DNA of 64,000 bases from Candidatus Poseidoniaceae archaeon (GCA_030747695.1 JASLKG010000004.1:6534-70533); one strand, 5' to 3'. Shown: positions 26,490 to 36,442, counted from the first letter of the stretch. The notes: generated by a model from the sequence alone, not told the origin. A program made the numbers and translations.

Positions 26490-28217
26490 ATGAACTATGG
26501 ATTAACCCAAGTTCCCACTATGGAAATTAGTGATGAAGACTCTTCGTTGCTTTCCGGTCTCGACAAGGTGCAGAAAGATCTGATGTCTGAAGCGATTATT
26601 CTTGTATCTGAATTGGATGAAGTAATCGGACCTATGTCAAAGGCTGAAGCACATTCAGGTTCGGGAAACTATCATCGTGCTTTCAGTGTATTACTTTTCG
26701 ATAGCAGTGGTAGGCTACTAATCCAAAAGCGAGCAGCACATAAAATCACTTTTCCTGGTGTTTGGGCTAATACTTGTTGTTCACATCCACTTTATAGCGA
26801 CGAGGAAATGGAGGCTGCAAACCATATGGGAGTCAAACGCGCCGCAGTACGTAAACTTCAGCATGAACTAGGTATTTCTGAAGAACAGATACCAATAGAA
26901 AAATTTCAATTTGTAACTAGGATGAGATATCAGGCAAGGCAGGATGAAATTTGGATTGAACGAGAGATTGATCATTGTCTGGTAATACATTCAGATGTTG
27001 ATTTGAAAATCAATTCAAATGAAGTTTGTGAAACACGTTGGGTTTCTCAAGAAGATTTGGAAGAAATGTTGTTATCTGAAGATAGTGAAAACATAATCGC
27101 ACCATGGTTTAGGTGCATAGCAGCACGAATAATGACTGATGATTGGTGGAGGCCAGACTGTGTAAAATCTGATAATATCATACACGATATGGGCGATGTT
27201 TCGCACATGCTTCCTAACGCGAGGGGCGCTAATTTAATTACGAGCATTGAAGAAATCAAACCACTAGTTGAAAGCCGTATTGAAAGAGCCCTAACTCACA
27301 CATCGCACAAACGCCTTTCCGGTGCAATGATGCATCTGGTTATAGGCGGTGGGAAGAGACTTAGAGCAACATTACCTTGGTTAGTGGCAAAGGCTGTAGG
27401 TGATACACATTCAGGTTTATTGGATGTAGGTGCGGCTATAGAGACAATCCATAATTTCACCTTGGTACATGATGACATAATGGATGATGATGATATTAGG
27501 CGTGGTCGTCCAGCTGTGCATATTGAGTATGGTTTACCAACAGCAATCAATGCCGGTGATGCAATGTTGGCAATTGCCTTTGAAGCGATGGCAGTTGCTG
27601 AAGGAATAGAGCCAGAACTGCTTCCATTTCTTGTGAAAAGAATTGGAAGAATGGTTCGTAGAGTAAGTGAAGGTCAGCAATTAGATATTGATTTTGAAGA
27701 TCGAATAGCAGTTGAAGAGGATGAATATATCGAAATGATACGTGGAAAAACAGCAGTAATGTTCCTAACATGCGCAGAAGTTGGAGCGCATTTGGCAGGT
27801 GCTGATGAAGAAACAATATCTTGTATGCACGATTGGGGGCTTGCAGTAGGATTATGCTTCCAATTAATGGATGATTTAATTGATGTGTTGTCGGATGATG
27901 ATACTCTAGGAAAACCTAGTGGTTCGGATGTTGCGCAAGGTAAGCGAACACTGATGGTTATACATGCACTTAGGCAACCTGATAGTTCTGAAAAAGATGA
28001 TTTGTTAGCTGCCCTAGGTAAAGGTGATGATGCTACAAAGGAAATGGTATTCAAGGCACACAATGCTTTGGATAAACTGGGGTCAATTTCTTATGCAAGG
28101 AGAAAAGCAGAATCATATCACAAAGAAGCTCATGCATGTCTTGATAGGTTGCCAGAATCTCCAGCATTAGTTGCTCTTAGGGAATTAACAGACTATCAAC
28201 TAAAACGCATCTTCTAG
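26490..28217 (+). CDS. Fusion protein: type-1 isopentenyl-diphosphate isomerase (Nudix) plus geranylgeranyl diphosphate synthase
   Basis: The N-terminal half has HRAFSVLLF, WANTCCSHP and EREIDH (IDI1 signatures). The C-terminal half has LVHDDIMDDDDIRRGRP (first Asp-rich motif) and FQLMDDLID (second Asp-rich motif). It is one uninterrupted 575-codon frame. Confidence 0.85.
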   Translation: MNYGLTQVPTMEISDEDSSLLSGLDKVQKDLMSEAIILVSELDEVIGPMSKAEAHSGSGNYHRAFSVLLFDSSGRLLIQKRAAHKITFPGVWANTCCSHPLYSDEEMEAANHMGVKRAAVRKLQHELGISEEQIPIEKFQFVTRMRYQARQDEIWIEREIDHCLVIHSDVDLKINSNEVCETRWVSQEDLEEMLLSEDSENIIAPWFRCIAARIMTDDWWRPDCVKSDNIIHDMGDVSHMLPNARGANLITSIEEIKPLVESRIERALTHTSHKRLSGAMMHLVIGGGKRLRATLPWLVAKAVGDTHSGLLDVGAAIETIHNFTLVHDDIMDDDDIRRGRPAVHIEYGLPTAINAGDAMLAIAFEAMAVAEGIEPELLPFLVKRIGRMVRRVSEGQQLDIDFEDRIAVEEDEYIEMIRGKTAVMFLTCAEVGAHLAGADEETISCMHDWGLAVGLCFQLMDDLIDVLSDDDTLGKPSGSDVAQGKRTLMVIHALRQPDSSEKDDLLAALGKGDDATKEMVFKAHNALDKLGSISYARRKAESYHKEAHACLDRLPESPALVALRELTDYQLKRIF

Positions 28218-28640
28218 GATCGAAACACGTCCTTCTTTCAATACTTTACAGTACCATCTTGTATCCCCAGGGTAATGTTTGTCAGACATTCTATCATAAT
28301 CTCCATCCGTAAATGAACTAGCAATTTTCCAGCATGGAGATGTTGCACTCAAAACTTTAAGCTCAACCTCTCCAATTTTGAACTTGACTCCTACATCTAG
28401 ACTAATACCTTCAAGTAGTACATTTTCACCAGTTGAGCCAGGTTTTATCGGATGTCCCTCGTGTTGTAATTTATCAAGTAATTCCTTTGTTAAAACGCAT
28501 ACTGCTTTGAATAATCCACCATGATGCTTGGTGTTATTGTGACTGTCACCAACTAATCCATTCACAGTAATTTCAACAGAATCTACAGGAGATTTAGGCA
28601 CTCCTCCATTTGAAATGAAAAGACCAAGAACTCTTCCCAT
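28200..28640 (-). CDS. MOSC-domain protein (YiiM-like)
   Basis: GGVPKSPV, GLVGDSH..HGG, PGSTGENVLLEGI and a conserved Cys in SPCWKI. Confidence 0.75.
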   Translation of the reverse strand: MGRVLGLFISNGGVPKSPVDSVEITVNGLVGDSHNNTKHHGGLFKAVCVLTKELLDKLQHEGHPIKPGSTGENVLLEGISLDVGVKFKIGEVELKVLSATSPCWKIASSFTDGDYDRMSDKHYPGDTRWYCKVLKEGRVSILEDAF

Positions 28641-28653
28641 GTGTGTTCCTCTA

Positions 28654-30861
28654 TCAATCAGAGTAATGAGATTCTGGATTAGGTTCAGGTTTCAAGCCCT
28701 TGCGGGTTCGAATTTCACCAACGACCTTGTCAAATAATTGCGGGGGTAGCATGTCAAATCCAATATTCTCTGAATTCCACACAGCACGACCTTGTGATGC
28801 CGCACGAATATCATTAGAAAATCCGAATGTTTCTGCTACTGGAAGAGTACCAATTACTGTAGTAGCTTCACCTTCTGAAGGCATATCCTCGATTATACCT
28901 CTTCTATTTGTTATCTCTCTAGTTACTTGTCCAAGCCAATCATTTGGCACAGAGACATGTGATCTTTGCATGGGTTCCATTAACACGGTACGTGATCTTA
29001 GCATTGCACCTTTGATAGCATTTCTAACTGCAGGTATTGTTTGAGCAGGTCCACGGTGAATCGCATCTTCGTGTAATTTTGCATCAACAAGTCTAACCAT
29101 CATACCCATTACTGGTTCATCAGCAATTGGTCCTTTCTTGCATACTTCATTGAAAGCCTCGATAATTAGTTCACGTGTTTCATGCAAATTCTGAATACCT
29201 TTTGTGTCATTAACAAGAACATTTGTAGCATTTATTGCATAAATTTTCCTCATCAGATCTTTATCCATTCCATATTCACCAAATTTACGACCAACTTCCT
29301 TTGCATCTCCTGTACGAACTGCTCCATTGCCGAAATGTCCATCACGTAATGCGGTAACTACTTCTGTTGATAGTGGTTCACATTCGATCATGAATCTGTT
29401 GTGCCTGTTGGGTGATTTTCCTTCGAATGAATGACCTTTATTGCTGCTCTCTATAGATTCTCGATAAACTACAATTGGAGGGCTTACCTTGACTTTAATA
29501 CCCTGTTCTTCTTCAATTCTATATGTGGTAATTTCAAGATGTAATTCACCCATACCTGCCAGAAGTGCCTCACCAGTTTCCTGATTGGTACTTACTTGTA
29601 GAGATGCATCAGATTTTGCAAGTGAACGAAGAGCATCAATAAATTTAGGTAAATCCTTCATACTCTTTGGCTCGACAGCTACAGTGACAACTGGATCTGA
29701 ATAGTGTCTTATCGCCTCAAATGGTGTAAAATCCTTATCACGTGAAAGGGTAACACCGGCAGCAGCTGACCTAATACCTGTGATTGCAGCAATATTTCCT
29801 GCGACAACCTTAGGGACAGTAATTCTGTCACCACCAACCATCATGCTAACTTGTTGCACTCGTTCAGGTTTTGCTGCACCTATTGCGAAAACTTGCTCAC
29901 CTTGATTAATTGAACCGGAATAGATTCTACCAACAGCAACTTCTCCTGCGTGTGGATCCATCCAAATTTTTGTAATCATCATTGCAAGTTCGGCATCAGG
30001 GTCGCAACTTACCATAGCTTTACCAATTTCAGTTTCGAGGTCACCAGTCCAAATATTAGGTATTCTGTATGGTTGTGCTTCTACAGGGCCAGGTAACTTT
30101 GTAACAGCCATATCCAAAAGAACCTCGTGAACTGGAGCCTTTTGTGCTAATGTCTTTTGATCTTCGTTGTTGCAGTACTCGAAAATTTCAGTCATGGATA
30201 CTCCCGACTTTTTCATGTAAGGAATGGTGATTCCCCAGTTGTGGTATGCAGAACCGAATGCTACTGTACCATCAAGTACACTTACCTGCCATTTCTTTTC
30301 CATACCTTCTGGTGCGAATGATTGAATCAATTTGTTAACTTTCTTGATAGTTTCTTCAAATCTCTTCAACATATCTTCTGGTGTAACTTTCAATTCGTTG
30401 ATTAGCCGATCAACCTTGTTAATGAATAGAACTGGCTTTACTTTCTCTTTCAGAGCTTGTCGTACAACTGTTTCAGTTTGTGGCATTGGACCTTCTACAG
30501 CACATGCAAGGATAAAGCAACCATCAACAGCACGCATAGCACGTGTAACGTCTCCACCAAAATCTACGTGCCCAGGTGTATCGATCAAATTGATTAGGTA
30601 ATCTGTTCCATCTACTCCGTGAACCATCGAAGCTGATGCTGCATTGATCGTAATTCCACGTGCACTTTCTTGTTCGTCAAAGTCTAAAACACGACTTTTT
30701 CCAGCAAGATCTTCTGACATCATGCCAGCTCCTGCAATTAGATTGTCAGATAGTGTTGTTTTACCATGGTCAATGTGTGCAGCAATACAGAGATTACGTA
30801 TTTGTGGTAACACGTGCATAACTTCTGTTGCTTTTTTGATATTGTCTTCTTTACGACCCAT
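28654..30861 (-). CDS. fusA: Translation elongation factor 2 (aEF-2)
   Basis: G motifs AHIDHGKTT, DTPGHVDF and NKVDR. The diphthamide loop is HEDAIHRGPAQ. Length is 735 aa. Confidence 0.95.
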   Translation of the reverse strand: MGRKEDNIKKATEVMHVLPQIRNLCIAAHIDHGKTTLSDNLIAGAGMMSEDLAGKSRVLDFDEQESARGITINAASASMVHGVDGTDYLINLIDTPGHVDFGGDVTRAMRAVDGCFILACAVEGPMPQTETVVRQALKEKVKPVLFINKVDRLINELKVTPEDMLKRFEETIKKVNKLIQSFAPEGMEKKWQVSVLDGTVAFGSAYHNWGITIPYMKKSGVSMTEIFEYCNNEDQKTLAQKAPVHEVLLDMAVTKLPGPVEAQPYRIPNIWTGDLETEIGKAMVSCDPDAELAMMITKIWMDPHAGEVAVGRIYSGSINQGEQVFAIGAAKPERVQQVSMMVGGDRITVPKVVAGNIAAITGIRSAAAGVTLSRDKDFTPFEAIRHYSDPVVTVAVEPKSMKDLPKFIDALRSLAKSDASLQVSTNQETGEALLAGMGELHLEITTYRIEEEQGIKVKVSPPIVVYRESIESSNKGHSFEGKSPNRHNRFMIECEPLSTEVVTALRDGHFGNGAVRTGDAKEVGRKFGEYGMDKDLMRKIYAINATNVLVNDTKGIQNLHETRELIIEAFNEVCKKGPIADEPVMGMMVRLVDAKLHEDAIHRGPAQTIPAVRNAIKGAMLRSRTVLMEPMQRSHVSVPNDWLGQVTREITNRRGIIEDMPSEGEATTVIGTLPVAETFGFSNDIRAASQGRAVWNSENIGFDMLPPQLFDKVVGEIRTRKGLKPEPNPESHYSD

Positions 30862-30913
30862 GGACTCACCTGACTCTCGTCAAACACGGCCACCTTGAAG
30901 GGGTTTATGAAAT

Positions 30914-30932
30914 CGACTCCCGTAGGGAGTCG
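30914..30932. repeat. Perfect hairpin CGACTCCC-GTA-GGGAGTCG sharing a 13-nt core with 15337..15355
   Basis: An 8-bp stem with a 3-nt loop sits in the 105-nt rps7-fusA spacer. The core CTCCCGTAGGGAG is identical on the + strand to the first copy. Confidence 0.6.
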
Positions 30933-30966
30933 TAAATATACACGACTTAGCAATGTGTCAAAAGAA

Positions 30967-31605
30967 TCAACGAGCACTTGCTGCAATACGCTGAACTTCT
31001 TCCTTCTTTGCTACTGCAAATGAGGTGACATCACCCTGACTTGCTTTTGTAATTTCATTGATAATACATTGAGTTAATGTTCTCTTTGATTTTGAAGTTC
31101 CTTGTTGTGCACCTGCAGCTAGATGTGCTAGAGCAACATCAAGCCTACGTGAAGGAGAACTATCGACTGCTTTAGGCTGTGACACAGCTCCAAACTTGAT
31201 TCGAGTGATTTCTTCCATAGGCGCTGCATGACAAATAGCATCAACAAAAGATTGCAATGGATTTTCTCCACTTTTTTCTGCCATGGAATCTAATGCACCT
31301 TCAAAAGCCTTGATTGCACCTTGCTTTTTACCAGTGTATTTTCCAGTTCTCATCAATTTGTTAATGAAGCGCTCAACAACTGAAAGTTTAGCTTTACCAA
31401 ACCAGGCATTTGCATGTCTCCCACCAGTGTGAGGAGTGCCAACAGTTGAAAGATTGATGTAAGGTGCAAGCCCGGGATCTCTACAAACAACTTCTGAAGC
31501 ATCATATTTACCAAATACTAGAGTTCCTATACCAGCAATTGGTTTTTCTTCTACAACCTCTACAGGTGCTTGTTCTTCAGGTGCTTCAATTTCTTCTTCA
31601 CTCAT
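30967..31605 (-). CDS. rps7: 30S ribosomal protein S7 (uS7)
   Basis: VERFINKLMRTGKYTGKK, the C-terminal EITKA and FAVAKKEE. It follows rps12 as in the str operon. Confidence 0.95.
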   Translation of the reverse strand: MSEEEIEAPEEQAPVEVVEEKPIAGIGTLVFGKYDASEVVCRDPGLAPYINLSTVGTPHTGGRHANAWFGKAKLSVVERFINKLMRTGKYTGKKQGAIKAFEGALDSMAEKSGENPLQSFVDAICHAAPMEEITRIKFGAVSQPKAVDSSPSRRLDVALAHLAAGAQQGTSKSKRTLTQCIINEITKASQGDVTSFAVAKKEEVQRIAASAR

Positions 31606-31619
31606 TCAAACACCACAAA

Positions 31620-32048
31620 TCATCGGACAGGTTTTTCTTTACGTCCACGAACCATTTCATCTAGTGAAACACCGTTAACTTGGATAACCTTGTAACGTAC
31701 ACCAGGAATATCTCCGTATGATCTTCCCATACGTCCACCGATTCCCTCAACCATAACTTCATCGTGTTCATCAATGAAATTAATTGCACCATCTCCAGGT
31801 GCAAACGCAGTCAATTTATTTCCGTTTTTTATTAAAGAAATCTTTACGGCTTTACGAATTCCAGAGTTAGGTTGCTTTGCTTCAATACCAACCTTTTCAA
31901 TGACAATTCCTTTGCCCTGTGTAGAACCACTAAGAGGGTCATGCTTTGCACGTGATTTTAGCATACGTTTCTTGTATCTGCGATCGGACCATCTGAATTT
32001 TTGCCGATCTTTTGCCATCTTGGCACCTGCAAATAGTCCACGACCCAT
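31620..32048 (-). CDS. rps12: 30S ribosomal protein S12 (uS12)
   Basis: [30 protein letters not shown] and IPGVRYKV. Confidence 0.95.
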   Translation of the reverse strand: MGRGLFAGAKMAKDRQKFRWSDRRYKKRMLKSRAKHDPLSGSTQGKGIVIEKVGIEAKQPNSGIRKAVKISLIKNGNKLTAFAPGDGAINFIDEHDEVMVEGIGGRMGRSYGDIPGVRYKVIQVNGVSLDEMVRGRKEKPVR

Positions 32049-32187
32049 GCTAATTACTCCTGTGAAGCATCTTGCCGACCTACCCCCCCTATTTCATGAT
32101 GCCGATTTATTTCGTAGCCGAAATGTTGGACGTATCGCCTATACTAGAAGTGCCAATGTTCATGTGGATTAGTTATTACGGGTAACT

Positions 32188-33453
32188 ATGGCATTCCGTA
32201 ATTTACTGGGTGAGGCACAACTTATTTCTGAGCCAATAAGTGTACTGCACGGTATATTTGACACATCAATTAGATTAAATCATGAATTGTTGATGTTTGA
32301 TGATATCACCGAGGCACCTGGACATCGTGTTGTAGTAAATTTGTTAACTCGGCCAAGACTTTGTTCGGCTTTAGGTATCGCGCCGGAGGAATTTATTGAC
32401 CTATTAGGGTGGGCAATGGACAATCCATCAAACCCTTTGATTACCGAAACAGGACCTGTTCTTGAAAACATACAGGAAACAGTAAATTTAGATACTTTAC
32501 CAATTCCACATCATTGGCGTGAAGACCGTGGAAGATATATGTCAGCAAGCATTATAATCGCTGAATATAATGGAATTAGAAATACATCATTCCACAGACA
32601 ATTTGTTAGAGATCGTAATCACGTTGTAGCAAGAATAGTTCCAAGGCATCTAAGGACGATGATGGAGGAGGCAAGATCACACGGTTCGGAAGTAAATATT
32701 GCAGTAGTAAATGCACCAGATCCTACTGTGTTACTTGCAGCTGCTATGTCCTTCAATGACAATATTGACGAACTAAATGTTGCAGCATCATTACATCAAA
32801 AGATTCACAACGAACCTCTAAAACTCACAGAGTTGCCAAATGGGATTCACGTTCCAGCAGATTCAGAATATGCAATGTGGGGTCGTATAACGACCGAAAA
32901 TGATTCAGAGGGACCATATGTCGACATTACTGGAACTGTTGATGATGTACGCCAAGAGCCTGTGATTGAAATCGATGGTATTACTCATAGAAATGATCCA
33001 ATATTCCATGCATTGATTCCTGGTGAATCAGAACACAAGACTTTGATGGGGCTTCCACGTGCACCAACAATAAAATCTGCTGTGAATGAAGTTTGCGAAT
33101 GTTTGGATGTGCACATGACTGAGGGCGGATGTGGTTGGCTTGCTGCTGTTGTAAAAATTCGAGTGAATAGCGAGGGTGATGGCATGCGTGCTATAACAGC
33201 AGCACTTGATGGACACAAATCAATGAAAATGGTCACCGTAGTTGATGAAGATATTGATATTACAAATCCTGTCAGAGTTGAATGGGCTATGATGACACGA
33301 TGGCAACCAGATATTGATTCTCTAATATTGTCAGGGCAAAAGGGAAGCAGTCTTGATCCATCACGACACGAGGATGGGAATACGTCAAAAATCGGTATTG
33401 ATGCAACAATACCCTGGAATGCTGACAAATCAAGTTATACAAGTGTACAGTGA
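32188..33453 (+). CDS. UbiD-family (prenyl-FMN dependent) decarboxylase
   Basis: Overall UbiD layout: RVVVNLLTRPR, IPHHWREDRGRYMSASIII, NTSFHRQ and PYVDITG. At 421 aa it is shorter than bacterial UbiD. Confidence 0.8.
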   Translation: MAFRNLLGEAQLISEPISVLHGIFDTSIRLNHELLMFDDITEAPGHRVVVNLLTRPRLCSALGIAPEEFIDLLGWAMDNPSNPLITETGPVLENIQETVNLDTLPIPHHWREDRGRYMSASIIIAEYNGIRNTSFHRQFVRDRNHVVARIVPRHLRTMMEEARSHGSEVNIAVVNAPDPTVLLAAAMSFNDNIDELNVAASLHQKIHNEPLKLTELPNGIHVPADSEYAMWGRITTENDSEGPYVDITGTVDDVRQEPVIEIDGITHRNDPIFHALIPGESEHKTLMGLPRAPTIKSAVNEVCECLDVHMTEGGCGWLAAVVKIRVNSEGDGMRAITAALDGHKSMKMVTVVDEDIDITNPVRVEWAMMTRWQPDIDSLILSGQKGSSLDPSRHEDGNTSKIGIDATIPWNADKSSYTSVQ

Positions 33454-33463
33454 GTTTGATAAG

Positions 33464-34441
33464 ATGGATAGTGGATCTAAACTGCAACATCCAAGGCGTA
33501 ATTTGGGAAGCAGACACAGATCACAAGCTGATAGATTTGTCAAATTAGCAAAGAGGGACCCTGAACAACTTGAAAACAATTTAGCATGGGCTGAACAAAA
33601 TGCTCAACAAGCAGTATTGTATGATTTCACAGATGAACGTAATTGGCGGTGCTTAGCTGAAATTAAGCACATGAGGAAAGATAGGGAAGGTTTGGCGCAT
33701 GTCTTAGAAGATATATTTGTGGTTCTAGGTAGGGATCCAAATCAACTGGAACAATTATCTGGAATAGACCATCTAGAGGTTGGTTTAGAATTATTAGAGG
33801 CTGCCTTCGTTGCAGATTCTTTAGATCCTGAAAAGTGGTTTTTGCAAATTGATGAGGTCTCCTTAATTTCATTCGCAGAGCGCTGTCGAAGACTTGACTT
33901 TACTGATCAACGTTCCAACATAATTTATGGAAGGAGGCTAGAGAGAATAAGACTTGCAGGTCATGAGGACCTATTCATCGACCTGGTACACCATTTATTG
34001 GCACACCGGCCAGGAAATTATGAACTTTGGATGGAACTTGGCAGGCTACATGAGCGAAGAAGTGAGATAGATCAGGCCTGGTTATGTTATGATCACGTGC
34101 AACATTTGAGACCGTCCAATAGTGCTAGAGATAATCTATTGATGAGATTAAAAGATGCAATGGATGGTAACGAATCCAAGCCTTGGTCGGGGCCATCACT
34201 AGAAACAAGGCAAGATTTCTTGAATAAAATGAAGCAATTATCTAGGACAGTAAGTGTTGTTCCAGAGTTAGAATTGAATACCGAATTTGATGAAAAATTA
34301 GACCCTGATTTGGTGCGCTTACGTGAACTAATTGAAGCAGAAAATGCAGCTGAAGCATTCTTCTTGGCACGTTCATTGTTTACTACTGGTGAATTATGGG
34401 CCGAGGAGTGGATGATAAAGGCTCAATCAATGCTTGATTAA
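33464..34441 (+). CDS. Hypothetical alpha-helical (TPR-like) protein
   Basis: Helical-repeat composition (e.g. YELWMELGRLHERRSEIDQAWLCYDHV). The start is placed at the ATG after the UbiD stop. No family recognised. Confidence 0.5.
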   Translation: MDSGSKLQHPRRNLGSRHRSQADRFVKLAKRDPEQLENNLAWAEQNAQQAVLYDFTDERNWRCLAEIKHMRKDREGLAHVLEDIFVVLGRDPNQLEQLSGIDHLEVGLELLEAAFVADSLDPEKWFLQIDEVSLISFAERCRRLDFTDQRSNIIYGRRLERIRLAGHEDLFIDLVHHLLAHRPGNYELWMELGRLHERRSEIDQAWLCYDHVQHLRPSNSARDNLLMRLKDAMDGNESKPWSGPSLETRQDFLNKMKQLSRTVSVVPELELNTEFDEKLDPDLVRLRELIEAENAAEAFFLARSLFTTGELWAEEWMIKAQSMLD

Positions 34442-35472
34442 TTTGGATTTTCAAGAGTCATAATCTCAGTAACCCTCGACGTCCATTTTTCAGCATTTTC
34501 ATCTTCGCATAAACTTGCACAAAGAGCTGCAAGAAGAGCATCTTCTACTTCCTCAGGACGGGAAAATAAATCATCAAAGACATCGTTGCAATCAAGCCTT
34601 TTTGATAGCATCAATAATGCTCTCAAATCTGGCCTTTCACTTCCAGCATAACCTGGATGCGTATTTTCCACACACCATTTGAAAACACCATTAACATCAT
34701 CTGGGTTAACAACTAGTTGAATCTCTTCTTCACCTATGGATCGTGGTTTCGACTTCATTATTTGATCAGCAAATTTTTCAGCCTCTTCATCCATAAATGG
34801 GGACGAAATTTCTACGAATATTGCTCCAGCTTCAACGGCCAAATCATTTTGGTTGGACATTATTGCATGAGCATGTGAATTAAAGGCACATCTCGCAGCA
34901 TCAAATAATTGTCCAAATGCCATATGAATTCTTGCGGCTTGTATCCTTGAAATTGCTATAGTTTCATTTGCGTGCCCGGCATGTCGGCTAATTTCACCAT
35001 GTACTTGTAATGCCATAATTGGTTCCTCTATACTAAGGTGAAATGCAGCCTTGTTTAGTAATGAAATATCATGATCACGACTGGCTTTTGCCACTGATTT
35101 TAATCTAGTCTCAGCCCAATTAAAATCTTCCCTTGCTTCATCTATTTTTCCTAATTCGAAATTGACTAAGCCCCTTTCCATTCTTAATCTTCCTTCCAAT
35201 GCAAGATCTCGTGTTTGATTGTCACGCGCAATAGAAAGTGCATTTTCAATACCTTCAAGTGTAACTTGGCCATTCAATCGATCTCTTACTAAATCTAAGA
35301 CCGACTTTTCAGCTTCAGTCAACTTATTTTCAACGAATTCAACAATATCGCTATCCATCACTAATCCTAGTTCTGCAACACCCAACCAACTAGTCCAACC
35401 CATTTCTTCTAGGTAAATATCTAGTTCTCTTTCACCATTTTCCCAAGCATCGATAATCATTTCTGGTCTCAA
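34438..35472 (-). CDS. Hypothetical alpha-helical repeat protein, last gene of the exosome superoperon string
   Basis: TPR-like segments (GLVNFELGKIDEAREDFNWAETRL). The start overlaps the DHH stop by 4 nt. Confidence 0.55.
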   Translation of the reverse strand: MRPEMIIDAWENGERELDIYLEEMGWTSWLGVAELGLVMDSDIVEFVENKLTEAEKSVLDLVRDRLNGQVTLEGIENALSIARDNQTRDLALEGRLRMERGLVNFELGKIDEAREDFNWAETRLKSVAKASRDHDISLLNKAAFHLSIEEPIMALQVHGEISRHAGHANETIAISRIQAARIHMAFGQLFDAARCAFNSHAHAIMSNQNDLAVEAGAIFVEISSPFMDEEAEKFADQIMKSKPRSIGEEEIQLVVNPDDVNGVFKWCVENTHPGYAGSERPDLRALLMLSKRLDCNDVFDDLFSRPEEVEDALLAALCASLCEDENAEKWTSRVTEIMTLENPN

Positions 35473-36440
35473 TTATTATTCCTCCTAATTGATGCTAATT
35501 CATTGATAAAAGCAGTTTCTGCAGAGATAACATCCGATTTTCCACTCCAACCAGCTGCCCCGTCATGGCCTCCACCATCTCCGCCTAGTTTATTGGATAT
35601 TTTTTGCATTATTTCTCCGAGATGAATACCTTCTTTCGTAATGGATCTTGGTGCTCTTGATGTTAACCTAGTTTCACCATCTCTAAATCTAGAAACAAGT
35701 GCTATTTCAGCACCTGCTTGAATCAAGATCGAGGCAACGCGCCCTTCCATAATACCAGCCTTAGTTGTGACTAAATTCCAAGCTCCAGCATCCAGGTTAG
35801 AACATCTAGATAGCGCTTTGATTATTGCGCCTCTATCTGATGAAGTAATACTTTGATCTTGTATTTTTTCAATAAATTCTTGGTATTCAAAATCCGCACC
35901 ATCTAGTATTTTTGTTGCGCATGTTAGTGCTGAAGAATCAGCATGTCTAAATCTACCAGTATCACTTATTAATCCTGCTAGTAACAACTTCCTTACTTCT
36001 TCAGTTAATGATTCAGGATGATGACTTTCTAAGTACTCAAAAATAATTTGAGTCGTTGATCTAGTATTCATACGATATTCTAAATCTAACTCGGAAAACG
36101 ACCAATCACATGTATCATGGTGATCGATTACACATATGGGCACATTTTCAGGTAATTTCACTCCTGTTTGATTTTCAGAAGCAGAGTCAACAATAATTAT
36201 TCCACCTAGTTTATTGGGCCACATCGGTTTTTCTGATAATTTTTTGAAGGGGGCTGAAAGTTCATCGCAAAGTTTTGCTGCCATCCGCCCCATATGTCTA
36301 CCACAAGCCATCAAGGTTGGATTGGAAGCAGCAAGCGCTATCGCTGATCCAATTGTGTCCATATCACCATTTTTACCTGCTAGGACGGGAACAGCGCCAC
36401 GTGATGTAGCATCGTCTATCCATTTTTTTAGAGAGGACAA
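35469..36440 (-). CDS. DHH/DHHA1 phosphoesterase (NrnA / archaeal RecJ-like)
   Basis: NGDMDTIGS, IIIVDSA, VIDHHDT (DHH) and GGGHDGAAG (DHHA1 GGGH). Confidence 0.8.
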   Translation of the reverse strand: MSSLKKWIDDATSRGAVPVLAGKNGDMDTIGSAIALAASNPTLMACGRHMGRMAAKLCDELSAPFKKLSEKPMWPNKLGGIIIVDSASENQTGVKLPENVPICVIDHHDTCDWSFSELDLEYRMNTRSTTQIIFEYLESHHPESLTEEVRKLLLAGLISDTGRFRHADSSALTCATKILDGADFEYQEFIEKIQDQSITSSDRGAIIKALSRCSNLDAGAWNLVTTKAGIMEGRVASILIQAGAEIALVSRFRDGETRLTSRAPRSITKEGIHLGEIMQKISNKLGGDGGGHDGAAGWSGKSDVISAETAFINELASIRRNNN

Positions 36441-36442
36441 AT

